DNA from: Myxococcales bacterium
GTDB taxonomy: Bacteria > Myxococcota_A > UBA9042
Direction of reading: 5' to 3'
NCBI GenBank assembly: GCA_037441385.1
Contig: JBBISH010000055.1
Location: 1-40,075, forward strand
DNA: 40,075 nt
Part shown: one piece after another, positions 1 to 9,280 of the stretch
How positions within the stretch are numbered: the first letter of the stretch is position 1
Layout of the letters: the number at the start of each line of letters is the position of its first letter
Translations under genes and position numbers: made by a program
Notes under the pieces: model-generated
Told to the model about the DNA's origin: nothing
The model's database searches: none
The model's input: the letters and a program-made list of their open reading frames with translations, nothing else

Positions 1-336
1 GCCGCGGGGTGCGCTGAAAATAGTTCCCTCCACATGCCAACTGGGCCTGCCGCACCAGGATGACATCAATAATTTCAACGAGTAGAAATTGCCCCCCAAC
101 GCCGGCGTGCAGCAGAACTTCGATCGCGGCTGAGCCCCATGCGGATCAGGGCACCACCAATGGCCAGGCAAGCCGCCGCGGCTGGGAGCGACGAAAAAAC
201 GACAATGACTTCGCGAGGTAGAAATTGCCCCCCTTCTTGTCTCTGGCCGTTGCAGTCGTCGAGCAGGGGCGGTACTGTGGCCTTGTGCGGGGTTCCGCAC
301 GCAAATGGGCATGGGCCGATGGTGGAGAGCATCCCT

Positions 337-1389
337 ATGAATTCGTGGCGTTTGGCAGCAGCGGCGCTCTGCGCGGCGCTTCTGGGCAGTGCGGCCCCGG
401 CGCGAGCCCAGGTTTCGGGCGACGACCTGGGGTTTTCGCTCATCAGCAAGGCGCGAGCCTCGCAGGGCAAGCCGATGCTGATTTTCCACCCGCAAGTGGC
501 GGTCGCGGCGCTCGCGGCGACGTGCAAGCGGTCCGATGGCCAAGTCGTCACGATCCCGGTAGGCCCCATCCGCGCGGGCGGCGAAAAGCGCGTCGTGGTG
601 CCGCAGGGCAAGGGTGTGTTCAAATACCAGTGCACGCTCGCGGGCAAGGCCGGCGGCGTCTCGTTCAAGGACTTTGCCTTGGAGTTCGAAGTCTTTGTGG
701 GCGAAATCCCCAAGATCACCATGACCGCCGAAGAGGTCGACGAAGAAAGGCGCCAGCTCACGCTCCGGATGAGCGAGCCCGCAGGCAAGGTCGAGCTCGA
801 CATCTTGGGCGACGACGGCATCCCCATCGACAACGTGGTCCAAAAGTTCGCGGGCGAGGCGCCCGGCACCCCGCTCGTCTTGAAGTGGACGCAGAAGGAC
901 AATCAGGTCATGGGGCGCTTTGCGCTCCGGGCCTACGATCCAGCCGGCTACTACTCGGGGATCGAGTCCGTGACCTTCGTCGACATCCCCCACGAAGACG
1001 TGGTCTTCGAGTCCGGCAAGTGGGACGTGCTCCCTAGCGAAGAGAAGAAACTCGAGGCCCCGCTTACGCGCATCGCCGAGGAACTCAAGAAGGTCCAGGG
1101 CGTCCTGCAGGTCAACCTCTACATCGGCGGCTACACCGACACCGTGGGCAAGGGCGAAGACAACGACGCCCTCTCGCACAAGCGCGCCACCGCCATCGCC
1201 AACTGGTTCGCCAAGAAGGGCCTCCAGACCTCCATCCTTGCGCAGGGTTTTGGCGAACGCGTCCTCAAGGTACCCACGCCGGACAACACCGACGAAATCC
1301 GCAACCGCCGCGCGTCTTACGTGCTCTCGACCCAGCCGCCGCCCGCCGCCCGCGGCTTCCCCAGCCGCAACTGGCACCGCGTGAAGTGA
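337..1389 (+). CDS. Secreted OmpA/MotB-family peptidoglycan-binding domain protein
   Basis: ATG at 337 follows GGAG. Signal peptide MNSWRLAAAALCAALLGSAAPARA. C-terminal OmpA-like motifs VVFESGK, IGGYTDTVG, NDALSHKRATAIA, GFGE and RNRRA. Confidence 0.85.
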   Translation: MNSWRLAAAALCAALLGSAAPARAQVSGDDLGFSLISKARASQGKPMLIFHPQVAVAALAATCKRSDGQVVTIPVGPIRAGGEKRVVVPQGKGVFKYQCTLAGKAGGVSFKDFALEFEVFVGEIPKITMTAEEVDEERRQLTLRMSEPAGKVELDILGDDGIPIDNVVQKFAGEAPGTPLVLKWTQKDNQVMGRFALRAYDPAGYYSGIESVTFVDIPHEDVVFESGKWDVLPSEEKKLEAPLTRIAEELKKVQGVLQVNLYIGGYTDTVGKGEDNDALSHKRATAIANWFAKKGLQTSILAQGFGERVLKVPTPDNTDEIRNRRASYVLSTQPPPAARGFPSRNWHRVK

Positions 1390-3053
1390 GCCGAACCGCG
1401 CCCAACACCGACACCCTCCGCGTTGCCGACCAAAGCGTAACCGCCCAGGTGGCAAAGCAATGCGCCGGTATGCCGGACACCCGGATCCTGCTGGCCGAGA
1501 CGGCGAGCCCCGCCCTCCTCCGGGCCGTCCAGGTCCTCTACCGGGCCGGGGTGCACCCGGACCGCCTCGAGATCCAGACCCGCCGGACCGGTCCCGACCT
1601 CGCCGCCCTGAAGCGCCTGGGCATCGTCCGCGCCGAGTGGTCCGTGGCCGCCCCCGTGCCCAGCCACCCCCAATTCGCGGATCTGGTCAAAGCCCTGGAT
1701 GGTGCAGCGCAGTCGGGCATCCAAATGGCGCTCCGCTGGCCCGTGTCGGCGGCCAACTCCGCGCAACTGCCCGAGCTAGCGCACTGGTGGCAGCACCCGC
1801 ACCCCGCCCTGTGCGCCGTAATTCTTGAGCCCGACCTGGCGAGCGATCCCCCCGTGCTGCACGCCGTCGAGGCGGCCTGGCCACAGACCCGTGATGGTGA
1901 CGGCCCCCTCCTGCTGCGCTCGCAGCGCTGGCCCGCGTGCCTCCAGGGCGCGGCCGACCACATCGAGCCCGCTTCGCCTCGCCAGCTTGCCGCCGACCAC
2001 GCCCAGCCCGTCGCCGCCTGCGCCGCGTGTCCGCTCTTTGCCGCCAAGACTTGCGCGGGCATGCCCGCCGCCTTGCACGCCCACCTCGCCGAACCGTGGC
2101 CGGGCCTGCGGGATCGCCGCGACGACCGCCCACGCGTCCAGCGGCCAAGGCACGCGAGCACCGTGCAATTCTACAGAGATTGCGCCGAGGTCCGAGGCCT
2201 CCGCCTGGGCCTCCGCCAAGCGTGGCGACTGCGCCTGCCGCGAAGCGATGCCGACCAATTCCGCCGCGATGCCCAGGCCGACGGCTGGATGGTGGCCCTT
2301 TCGCGCGAGCCGGTGACGATCCGCGTGGGCGGCCACGCCGACCTGGGGACTTCCGCCGCCGACGGCGACTGCGCCGAACACCTCGCCATGGTGGGCCGCG
2401 ATCCCACACTGCTCGAGCGCCTCCTCGCCGACGAACACGCACTGCTGGACCCGCCAGCCTTGGTGGTCCCGGCCGATCTCGCCGCCCTGCTCGACCGCCA
2501 CCGCCGCCTCGGGCGCGCCTACGGGTTTCCGCCCTGCTGCATCGAAGCCTTCTGCGATGCCTACGTAGAGACCCTCGCCAACCCCGCGGTCAGCGACAAC
2601 GCCTGGCTCCTGCAGCGTGCCGCCAGGCGGTCGCGGCATTTTGCGCCGCAGCTCGCCGTCTTGAACGCCCTCCTCGGCCAAGAGTGCGAGTCGCCGCTCC
2701 GGCACCTGCCCTGCCGCTTCGATTGTCCGGCCTCGCTCGCGCTCGCTCAGGCCCTGGACAGCCCTGCGCTGCGACCACGGCCCGCGCTGGTCTGGTGCGA
2801 CGGCAGCTTTGCCTGGCTCGACGGCCGGTGGGACGCCAGCGCCCAGGCGGTCTTGGACCTGCGCCACGTCGAGCCCGTGGGCCTCGCGCCTCACTCCGAC
2901 CCGGTCTGGCGCGAGCTGGTCGCGGAGTTGCAGCACTCCAGCGGTCTCCGCTGCGATCACGGCGCGGTGGCACTCCTCTTCGGCTCGGTCTGGCGGCCCT
3001 GGCCGCGCCTCCACGGCTTGAACTTTCCACTGCTCTTGCCGTTTTCCTTGTGA
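1386..3053 (+). CDS. Hypothetical Cys-rich protein: degenerate radical-SAM-like N-terminus, CxxC-x6-C-x-G cluster and DUF483-like C-terminus
   Basis: GTG start overlaps the upstream stop (GTGA). Motifs RWPACL, CAACPLFAAKTCAG, GRAYGFPPCCIEAF and RHLPCRFDC. No CxxxCxxC motif. Confidence 0.55.
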   Translation: MSRTAPNTDTLRVADQSVTAQVAKQCAGMPDTRILLAETASPALLRAVQVLYRAGVHPDRLEIQTRRTGPDLAALKRLGIVRAEWSVAAPVPSHPQFADLVKALDGAAQSGIQMALRWPVSAANSAQLPELAHWWQHPHPALCAVILEPDLASDPPVLHAVEAAWPQTRDGDGPLLLRSQRWPACLQGAADHIEPASPRQLAADHAQPVAACAACPLFAAKTCAGMPAALHAHLAEPWPGLRDRRDDRPRVQRPRHASTVQFYRDCAEVRGLRLGLRQAWRLRLPRSDADQFRRDAQADGWMVALSREPVTIRVGGHADLGTSAADGDCAEHLAMVGRDPTLLERLLADEHALLDPPALVVPADLAALLDRHRRLGRAYGFPPCCIEAFCDAYVETLANPAVSDNAWLLQRAARRSRHFAPQLAVLNALLGQECESPLRHLPCRFDCPASLALAQALDSPALRPRPALVWCDGSFAWLDGRWDASAQAVLDLRHVEPVGLAPHSDPVWRELVAELQHSSGLRCDHGAVALLFGSVWRPWPRLHGLNFPLLLPFSL

Positions 3054-3415
3054 TACCAGTTCCGTCCGAATCGGATCGAAAACTCGGGCAATTCTTCGGG
3101 CCCGAACCGGGGTCCCCGCCTGATTCTCGTCAGTTGCAGAACGGGTCAGAGATGCCGTACAGGCGCGAATCAGGTGGTGTGCGTATGCGGCACCCAGGTT
3201 CTCGCCCCCGCACCTCGCTGAAACGTGCGGAGGGGGCGCGCCAGGCCGTCCAGGACCATTGTGTGTTGCCAGCGCTGCTCGGTCCACCCACAGCGTCGAC
3301 TCCGATCGAAGTCGCGATTTGCTGTACGGGGACCCCGGGTAGACAGCAGCGAGCGCCGCAGCTAGTTTTGCCAATCAGGCGGGCACCCCGGGCGCGCCCT
3401 GAACGGGATCCTTGA

Positions 3416-5290
3416 ATGAAAACCCAAGCTGTGACTCCCGATCTCTCGGCCAAGCTCGTCCAGGCGGTCGCCGCCCATCCCCTGCTCCGCAGCGTGGACG
3501 CGCGCACGATCACCGACATCATCAGTCAAAGCGTGCTCGCGCAGTACACCGAAAACGAAGCGGTTTGGCAGCAAGGCGAGCGCGCTGACAGCTGGGGGTT
3601 GCTGCTGCGCGGTCAGCTCGCCGTCCGCGTGCAGCCGCAGGGCCTGGACGAGCAGTTCGACGTCGACCGCCACAACCCGGTCGAGATGGTGGGCGACCTA
3701 GAGGTGCTGCTGGGCCTGCCGCGGCGCTTCAGTGTGGTCGCGATCGACCAGGTGCTGCTCCTCAAGGCGCCGCCGACCCAACTGCTCGAGTTGTTCCAAC
3801 GCGCGCCGGCGTTTGCGGTCGCCATCACCCAACAGTACGCGCAGAAATTCCTCAGCGAGTCCCGCAAGGTACCCCTGCCCTTCTACGACGTGTCGCAGGC
3901 CATGCCCCCGCCCGAGGTCGTGAACCTGCTGCCCGGGCAGTTCTTGGAGCGTCAGCGTGTGCTGCCCGTGGCCTCGCAGGGCAACCGCTTGGTGCTCGGC
4001 TTTGTCGACGACCTGACGGCTCACACCGTGATGGCGGCCCGGCAGTTTCTGCCTGGCTTCGAGCTGATCCCGGTCCGCATCGACGCCAAGGTCTACCAGG
4101 ACGTCTTGCAGTCCAACGCCGGCCGAGCGACCGACACCAAAGAGGACATGTCCCGGTCGAGCAGCAAGATCGAAGCCGTTTCCGCCAGTTCGCTGGGGCC
4201 CACCAAGGTCTTGTCGGCGCCCCGCCTGGACCCGCTGCTCAAACGGATGGTCGCCGAGGGCGCGTCCGACCTCCACATGTCGGGCAATCACCGTCCGCGC
4301 TGGCGCATCGACGGCGAAATGCGCGAAATCGCCGACGCCAAGGTCCTGGGCGAAGCGCAAGTGTGGGACATCATCGAGCCGGCCGTCCCCGACCGCAACA
4401 AGACCCAGTTCATCGAAGACAACGACACCGATTTTGCCTACAACCTCCCCGACGTCGCGCGCTTCCGCGTCAACCTCTTCCGCGATCACAACGGCATCTG
4501 CATGGTAATGCGCGTCATCCCGTCCAAGATTCTGACCCTGGAGCAGCTTGGGCTCCCAGAAGGTGTGCGTCGCATGTGCGACAATCCCAAAGGGCTGATC
4601 CTGGTCACGGGCCCAACGGGCTCGGGCAAGTCCACCACCCTGGCGGCGATGATCGACTACATCAACCGCAACCGCCGCAGCCACGTCATCACCCTGGAAG
4701 ATCCCATCGAGTTCGTCCACAAATCGAACCGGAGCCTGATCAACCAACGCGAAGTGGGCCCACACACCCAAAGCTTCGGCCGCGCGCTGCGGGCGGCGCT
4801 GCGCGAAGACCCCGACATCGTGCTCGTGGGCGAAATGCGCGACAAAGAGACCATCTCGCTCGCGCTCGAGACGGCCAACACCGGTCACTTGGTCTTTGGC
4901 ACCCTGCACACGTCGACCGCCATTTCGACCGTGGACCGCATCATCGACGTGTTCCCGCCCGACCAGCAGGCGCAAGTGCGCACAGTGGTTGCCGATGTCC
5001 TCAAGGGCGTGGTGTCGCAAACGCTGCTCAAGCGCAAGGGCGGCGGCCGCGTGGCGGCACTGGAAGTGCTCATCGGCTCGCACGCCGTGGGCAACCTGAT
5101 CCGCGAGTGCAAGAACCATCAAATCTTCAACATCATGCTCACGTCCAAGCAGTTGGGCAACCAGCTCTTGAACGACCAACTCGAGAGCTTGGTCCGCGAC
5201 GGCCGCTGCGACTACGACGAGGCGATGATGAAGGCCCTGGACAAGCCCGAGCTCGCGAAGCGCTTTGGCAAGGAGTACTACGAGAAATGA
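3416..5290 (+). CDS. pilT: PilT/PilU-family type IV pilus ATPase with N-terminal cNMP-binding-like and GspE/PilB N-terminal-like domains
   Basis: Motifs GASDLH, Walker A GPTGSGKSTT, ITLEDPIE, LREDPDIVLVGEMRD, His box TGHLVFGTLHT and an AIRNLIRE-like AVGNLIRE. N-terminal VWQQGERADSWGLLLRG...VGDLEVLLGLPRRFSVVA resembles a cNMP-binding domain. Confidence 0.9.
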   Translation: MKTQAVTPDLSAKLVQAVAAHPLLRSVDARTITDIISQSVLAQYTENEAVWQQGERADSWGLLLRGQLAVRVQPQGLDEQFDVDRHNPVEMVGDLEVLLGLPRRFSVVAIDQVLLLKAPPTQLLELFQRAPAFAVAITQQYAQKFLSESRKVPLPFYDVSQAMPPPEVVNLLPGQFLERQRVLPVASQGNRLVLGFVDDLTAHTVMAARQFLPGFELIPVRIDAKVYQDVLQSNAGRATDTKEDMSRSSSKIEAVSASSLGPTKVLSAPRLDPLLKRMVAEGASDLHMSGNHRPRWRIDGEMREIADAKVLGEAQVWDIIEPAVPDRNKTQFIEDNDTDFAYNLPDVARFRVNLFRDHNGICMVMRVIPSKILTLEQLGLPEGVRRMCDNPKGLILVTGPTGSGKSTTLAAMIDYINRNRRSHVITLEDPIEFVHKSNRSLINQREVGPHTQSFGRALRAALREDPDIVLVGEMRDKETISLALETANTGHLVFGTLHTSTAISTVDRIIDVFPPDQQAQVRTVVADVLKGVVSQTLLKRKGGGRVAALEVLIGSHAVGNLIRECKNHQIFNIMLTSKQLGNQLLNDQLESLVRDGRCDYDEAMMKALDKPELAKRFGKEYYEK

Positions 5291-6318
5291 CCTTTCGTTC
5301 TGCGAGTTTGATGCTGTGCGCGGTGCTGCTGACTCTGGTGGCGGCGGTGGCGCAGGCGGGCGAGGTCGACGCCTGGGTGCACCGCCAGGGCAACAAGGCG
5401 CTGCGCGACTTGGTGCAGGCCGAGCTGACCGCCGCCAAAAAGAAGAACCTGCAGGGCGTGATCCTGATGTTCACCGCGGACTGGTGTTCGCCCTGCAAGG
5501 CGATCAAGGAGTTTGTGCACGGCTCGGCAGTGGTGCGCAAGGCCCTGAGCAAAGGGCGTTTGCTGTACATCGACGTGGACGAGTGGCGCGGGCCGGCGCA
5601 AGTACTCATCCCCGGCAACGACGTGAGCAAACTGCCCACCATGATTCGAATGGGACCCAACTTCGAGGTGGTGCAGACCTGCTACGGCAGCGAGATGGGG
5701 CTCTTGCACGAAGATGCACTGGCCCACAGCTTTGCACGGCTGCTGGAAGGCAAGCCCATCGAGAAGCCGTTCTACGCGGACAAGCCCGAGCAAGAGCGCG
5801 AATTCATTCTGAAGCAAAGCGAAGCGCAGACGGCGAAGACCAAGGGCGTGCCGGCCCTGTCGGTCGAGGCCAAGGGCAAGCCCGCCGAGCGCAAAGTGAC
5901 CCTGACCATTCGCAACCACGACGGGCCGCGCCGCTGGTTCCTGGTGCCGGCGCGCCTGGATACGCCGCTGCAAGACAAGCCCACAGCCCGCGCGGTCTGG
6001 AAGCTGAAGTGGAGCGAACACGTGCGCGCCGACTACCTGCGCATCCAGGGAACCCCAGAGTTCTACGCCATTCCTGTGGCCGGGTACGGCTCGGTGGTGC
6101 TCAGCGACCTCGCGCTGGCGGGCACGGCCAAAGACGGCAAGCTCTGGGTCTGGGAATTGGACGCGCTGAAAATCGACGGCCAAGAGCAGCAGTTCCAGAT
6201 GAAGCTGCCCTACGAGCTGAAGATCCAGCACTTTGACCAGACGGCGATCGAGAGCCAGAGCGGACCCAGCAAGGTGGAACTGCGGGTCCGCAACCGCTAT
6301 TCGGTGCCCGTCAAGTAG
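5287..6318 (+). CDS. Exported thioredoxin-fold protein with C-terminal extension
   Basis: ATGA overlap with the pilT stop. Signal peptide ending AVAQA. Active-site-like motif FTADWCSPCK. Confidence 0.75.
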   Translation: MTFRSASLMLCAVLLTLVAAVAQAGEVDAWVHRQGNKALRDLVQAELTAAKKKNLQGVILMFTADWCSPCKAIKEFVHGSAVVRKALSKGRLLYIDVDEWRGPAQVLIPGNDVSKLPTMIRMGPNFEVVQTCYGSEMGLLHEDALAHSFARLLEGKPIEKPFYADKPEQEREFILKQSEAQTAKTKGVPALSVEAKGKPAERKVTLTIRNHDGPRRWFLVPARLDTPLQDKPTARAVWKLKWSEHVRADYLRIQGTPEFYAIPVAGYGSVVLSDLALAGTAKDGKLWVWELDALKIDGQEQQFQMKLPYELKIQHFDQTAIESQSGPSKVELRVRNRYSVPVK

Positions 6319-6330
6319 CCGCCGCGGCCG

Positions 6331-6714
6331 CTACTCGCCGATGTGCACAGCGTAGGCGGCGGCGTCCATCAGCGCTGCGTACTCGCCCGAAGCCTCGGCC
6401 TGGATCCGCACCATCCAGCCCATACCGTACGGATCGTCGTTGACCGCCTCGGGGGCGGCGTCCAGGCCTTCGTTCTTGGCCACGACCACGCCGCTGATCG
6501 GCGCGTACAACTCGCTGACACTCTTGGTACTCTCAACGGTGCCGAAGCGGCCGCCCGCCGTGACGCGCGTGCCTTCGGCCGGGAGCTCCACGTAGACGAT
6601 GCCGCCCAGGGCCTCTTGGGCGTGATGGGTCACCCCGACCGTGAAGGTGCCATCGCCTTCGTCGCGGGCCCACTCGTGGTCGTTGGTGTAGCGGAGATTG
6701 GCGGGAACGCTCAT
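6331..6714 (-). CDS. gcvH: Glycine cleavage system H protein
   Basis: LRYTNDHEW, VGVTHHAQEALGGIVYVELP, lipoyl-lysine motif VESTKSVSELYAP, VNDDPYGMGW. Confidence 0.97.
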   Translation of the reverse strand: MSVPANLRYTNDHEWARDEGDGTFTVGVTHHAQEALGGIVYVELPAEGTRVTAGGRFGTVESTKSVSELYAPISGVVVAKNEGLDAAPEAVNDDPYGMGWMVRIQAEASGEYAALMDAAAYAVHIGE

Positions 6715-6742
6715 GATTTCCTCACTGAAGTTCAGGTTGAAG

Positions 6743-7870
6743 CTACGCCTTGGCCGAGCCGGGCGTCACAAACGGATACGGGACGACCACGGCCTTCTTG
6801 GCCTGACCGCGGATGTCGATGGCCAGCTCGGTACCCGGCTGGGTCAAATCGGGGCGGACAAACGCCAGCGCAATCGGCTTCTTGGCTGTGGGCGAGTGGG
6901 TACCGCTCGTCACCTTGCCCACCACCTCGCCGCCCAACAGCACCGGGTAGTCCGAGCGCGGCACCCCGCGGTCCAGCAGCTCGAGCCCGACCAGCTTCTT
7001 GGGCAAACCGGCGGCCTGGCGGCGCTTGAGGGCCTCGCTGCCAATGAACCCGGCAACTTTCTTCAGCTTCATCGCCCAACCAACGCGCGCCTCCAGACCG
7101 GTGGTCTGGTCGTCGAGCTCGTGGCCGTACAGGGGGTAACCCATCTCGAGCCGCAGCGTGTCGCGCGCGCCCAAGCCGATCGGCATCACGCCCAAGTCGC
7201 CGCCAGCCGCAAGCAATTCGTTCCAGAACGGCGTCGCCAGTTCGGGCGGGACAAAGATTTCGAAGCCAGCCTCGCCGGTGTAGCCCGTGGTCGCCACCAG
7301 CAAATTCGCACCCTTCCAGTCGTGAACGCGGATGAAGTTGCGCGGCAGACCGATCGCGTCGCCCGGCGCTACCCGCGCGAGCAGCTTGCTGGCATTGGGC
7401 CCTTGCACCGCAATCTGGGCAAAGTCTTTGCTGCGGTTGTGGATGCGCTCTGGGTGCAAGGCCACGGCTTGGATGTGCGCAAAATCCTTGTCGGCATTCG
7501 ACGCGTTGACGCACAGCAAGAAGCGCTCGCGACCCAGGCGGTACACATACAGGTCGTCGACGGCGCAACCATCCTCGTGGCAAAGCACGGCATAGCAGGC
7601 ATCACCGTCGGCCAACACGCTCACGTCATTGCTGACCAAGCGATTGACCTCGACCTCGGCATCCGGCCCTTCAACAATGATTTCGCCCATGTGACTAACA
7701 TCGAACAGTCCAACCGCCGTGCGCGTGGCCTCGTGTTCGACAACCAGCCCCTTGCCCTGGTACTGCACCGGCATCTCCCAGCCAGCAAAGGCGACCATTT
7801 GGCCGCCCAGCGCCACGTGGGCATCAAAAAGGGGCGTCCGCTGCAAGTCCGTGTGATGGATGTCACTCAT
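6743..7870 (-). CDS. gcvT: Glycine cleavage system aminomethyltransferase T
   Basis: RTPLFDAH, FAGWEMPVQY, GLFDVSHMGE, TGYTGEAGFEI, GLGARDTLRLEMG. AAGGA RBS upstream. Confidence 0.97.
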   Translation of the reverse strand: MSDIHHTDLQRTPLFDAHVALGGQMVAFAGWEMPVQYQGKGLVVEHEATRTAVGLFDVSHMGEIIVEGPDAEVEVNRLVSNDVSVLADGDACYAVLCHEDGCAVDDLYVYRLGRERFLLCVNASNADKDFAHIQAVALHPERIHNRSKDFAQIAVQGPNASKLLARVAPGDAIGLPRNFIRVHDWKGANLLVATTGYTGEAGFEIFVPPELATPFWNELLAAGGDLGVMPIGLGARDTLRLEMGYPLYGHELDDQTTGLEARVGWAMKLKKVAGFIGSEALKRRQAAGLPKKLVGLELLDRGVPRSDYPVLLGGEVVGKVTSGTHSPTAKKPIALAFVRPDLTQPGTELAIDIRGQAKKAVVVPYPFVTPGSAKA

Positions 7871-8023
7871 GTCCGTTCCTTGGTTGCCGTACGACGGTAC
7901 CGGCAGAGGGGGGTTTGGCAGGGTTCACCGGGGTTGTCAATTCTGCTCCCAAGTGCGCGCCTTGCCTTCGGTCAGGCGTTTGTCACGCTGCGAACCCGCG
8001 GCGGGTCCGGGCGCCAACGGCGT

Positions 8024-8932
8024 CTAGGCCTGGGCAACGTGACCGCGGCGCTGGATGCACGCGTCCACCGTATTTCGCATCAATTGTGCGATGGTCATCG
8101 GCCCCACACCGCCGGGCACGGGCGAAATGGCCCCAGCCCGCCAGCGCGCGGCCTCGTAGTCCACGTCGCCAGTGAGCTTGCCATCGTCGCCGCGGTGAAT
8201 GCCCACGTCGATCACGACGGCGCCAGGCTTGACCCAGCCGCCCTGCACCAAGTGGCGCTGGCCCACGGCCGCGATCAGCAGGTCCGCTTGGGCGACGTGG
8301 CCGGCCAAGTCCGGAGTGCGCGAGTGGCAAATGGTCACCGTGGCGTCGGCGTTGGTCAGGAGCATCGCCATCGGCTTGCCCACGGTGATGGACCGACCCA
8401 GCACCACCGCGCGTTTGCCGGCCGGCGTCCAACCGTTGGCTTTTCCATAGATGGCCAGCATCTTCATGATGCCCGCGGGCGTGCAGGCGACCAGGCCGGC
8501 GCGACCGGCCGCGAGCAGGCCCAGGTTGTGCGGATGGAAACCGTCGACGTCCTTGGCCGGGTCGATGCGGTCGATCAACGCATTGGTGCGGATCTGCTTG
8601 GGTACTGGCAGTTGCACCAAGATGCCGTCGATGGCCGGATCGGCGTTCCAGCGATCGACCAGCGCGAGAAGCTCGGCCTCGGTGGTGGTGGCGGGCAGCG
8701 TCTGCATCGTCGAGGCGATGCCCAGTTCTTCGCAAGCCCTGACCTTGTTGCGCACGTACACGGCCGAAGCAGGATCATCGCCAACCAGCGCTACCGCCAG
8801 ACCGGGAGTAATCCCCTTGCTGATCAACTCTTTGGCATCCCGCTGCGCTTCCGCCCGCAGCATCGCGGCCATCGCCTTGCCGTCCAGAATGGCGGCCGAC
8901 ACGCGGGCGGCCCCCATGTCCATGTCGATCAT
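8024..8932 (-). CDS. folD: Bifunctional methylenetetrahydrofolate dehydrogenase/cyclohydrolase
   Basis: ILDGK, ASAVYVRNK, GILVQLP, KDVDGFHP, CTPAG, GRSITVGKP, PVPGGVGPMT. Start placed at the ATG 5 nt downstream of an AGGAGG RBS (8938-8943). Confidence 0.96.
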   Translation of the reverse strand: MIDMDMGAARVSAAILDGKAMAAMLRAEAQRDAKELISKGITPGLAVALVGDDPASAVYVRNKVRACEELGIASTMQTLPATTTEAELLALVDRWNADPAIDGILVQLPVPKQIRTNALIDRIDPAKDVDGFHPHNLGLLAAGRAGLVACTPAGIMKMLAIYGKANGWTPAGKRAVVLGRSITVGKPMAMLLTNADATVTICHSRTPDLAGHVAQADLLIAAVGQRHLVQGGWVKPGAVVIDVGIHRGDDGKLTGDVDYEAARWRAGAISPVPGGVGPMTIAQLMRNTVDACIQRRGHVAQA

Positions 8933-9280
8933 CGCAGCCTCCTCTGGCCCTGCGCAGGCCAAGCACCGTTTGGGGTTTCTATCGTTCGCCACCGCGCGGC
9001 GCACTGACCAGCGCGGCTCGAGCGGGCAAGAGGATCGCACCGCCGACCATGGGGCGCAAGGGCACGGTGCGCCCCCGATCCGCCGCTTTGGGCGCAACTC
9101 GGCGTTGCTGTGTCACTACTCTCCCTGCGGCGACCTCTAGGTCGCCTCAGTCGCTCCGCTCCTTGCGCCTTGATTTGCATCCCAAATCGACGGCCGGGGC
9201 CAATTTCGCGGGTGGATTTTGGGCGCTGGGGTGACGGAACGATTATTTGACGGAAACCGTTGGCGTGTCAGTCTGTTGCC

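Noticed and set aside
6319..6714. Absence of gcvP after gcvT-gcvH
   Set aside because: Split gcv loci are common, and the rest of the genome is not visible.
7871..8023. Glycine riboswitch upstream of gcvT
   Set aside because: Only a CCGAAGG fragment is present. The CUCUCAGG core and tandem aptamer are not evident.
6698..9007. 769-aa plus-strand ORF, and other long antisense or alternative-frame ORFs such as 27935-30733, 32776-35070 and 12211-14058
   Set aside because: These are shadows of well-supported genes on the opposite strand. They are expected with high-GC codon bias and have no recognisable motifs.
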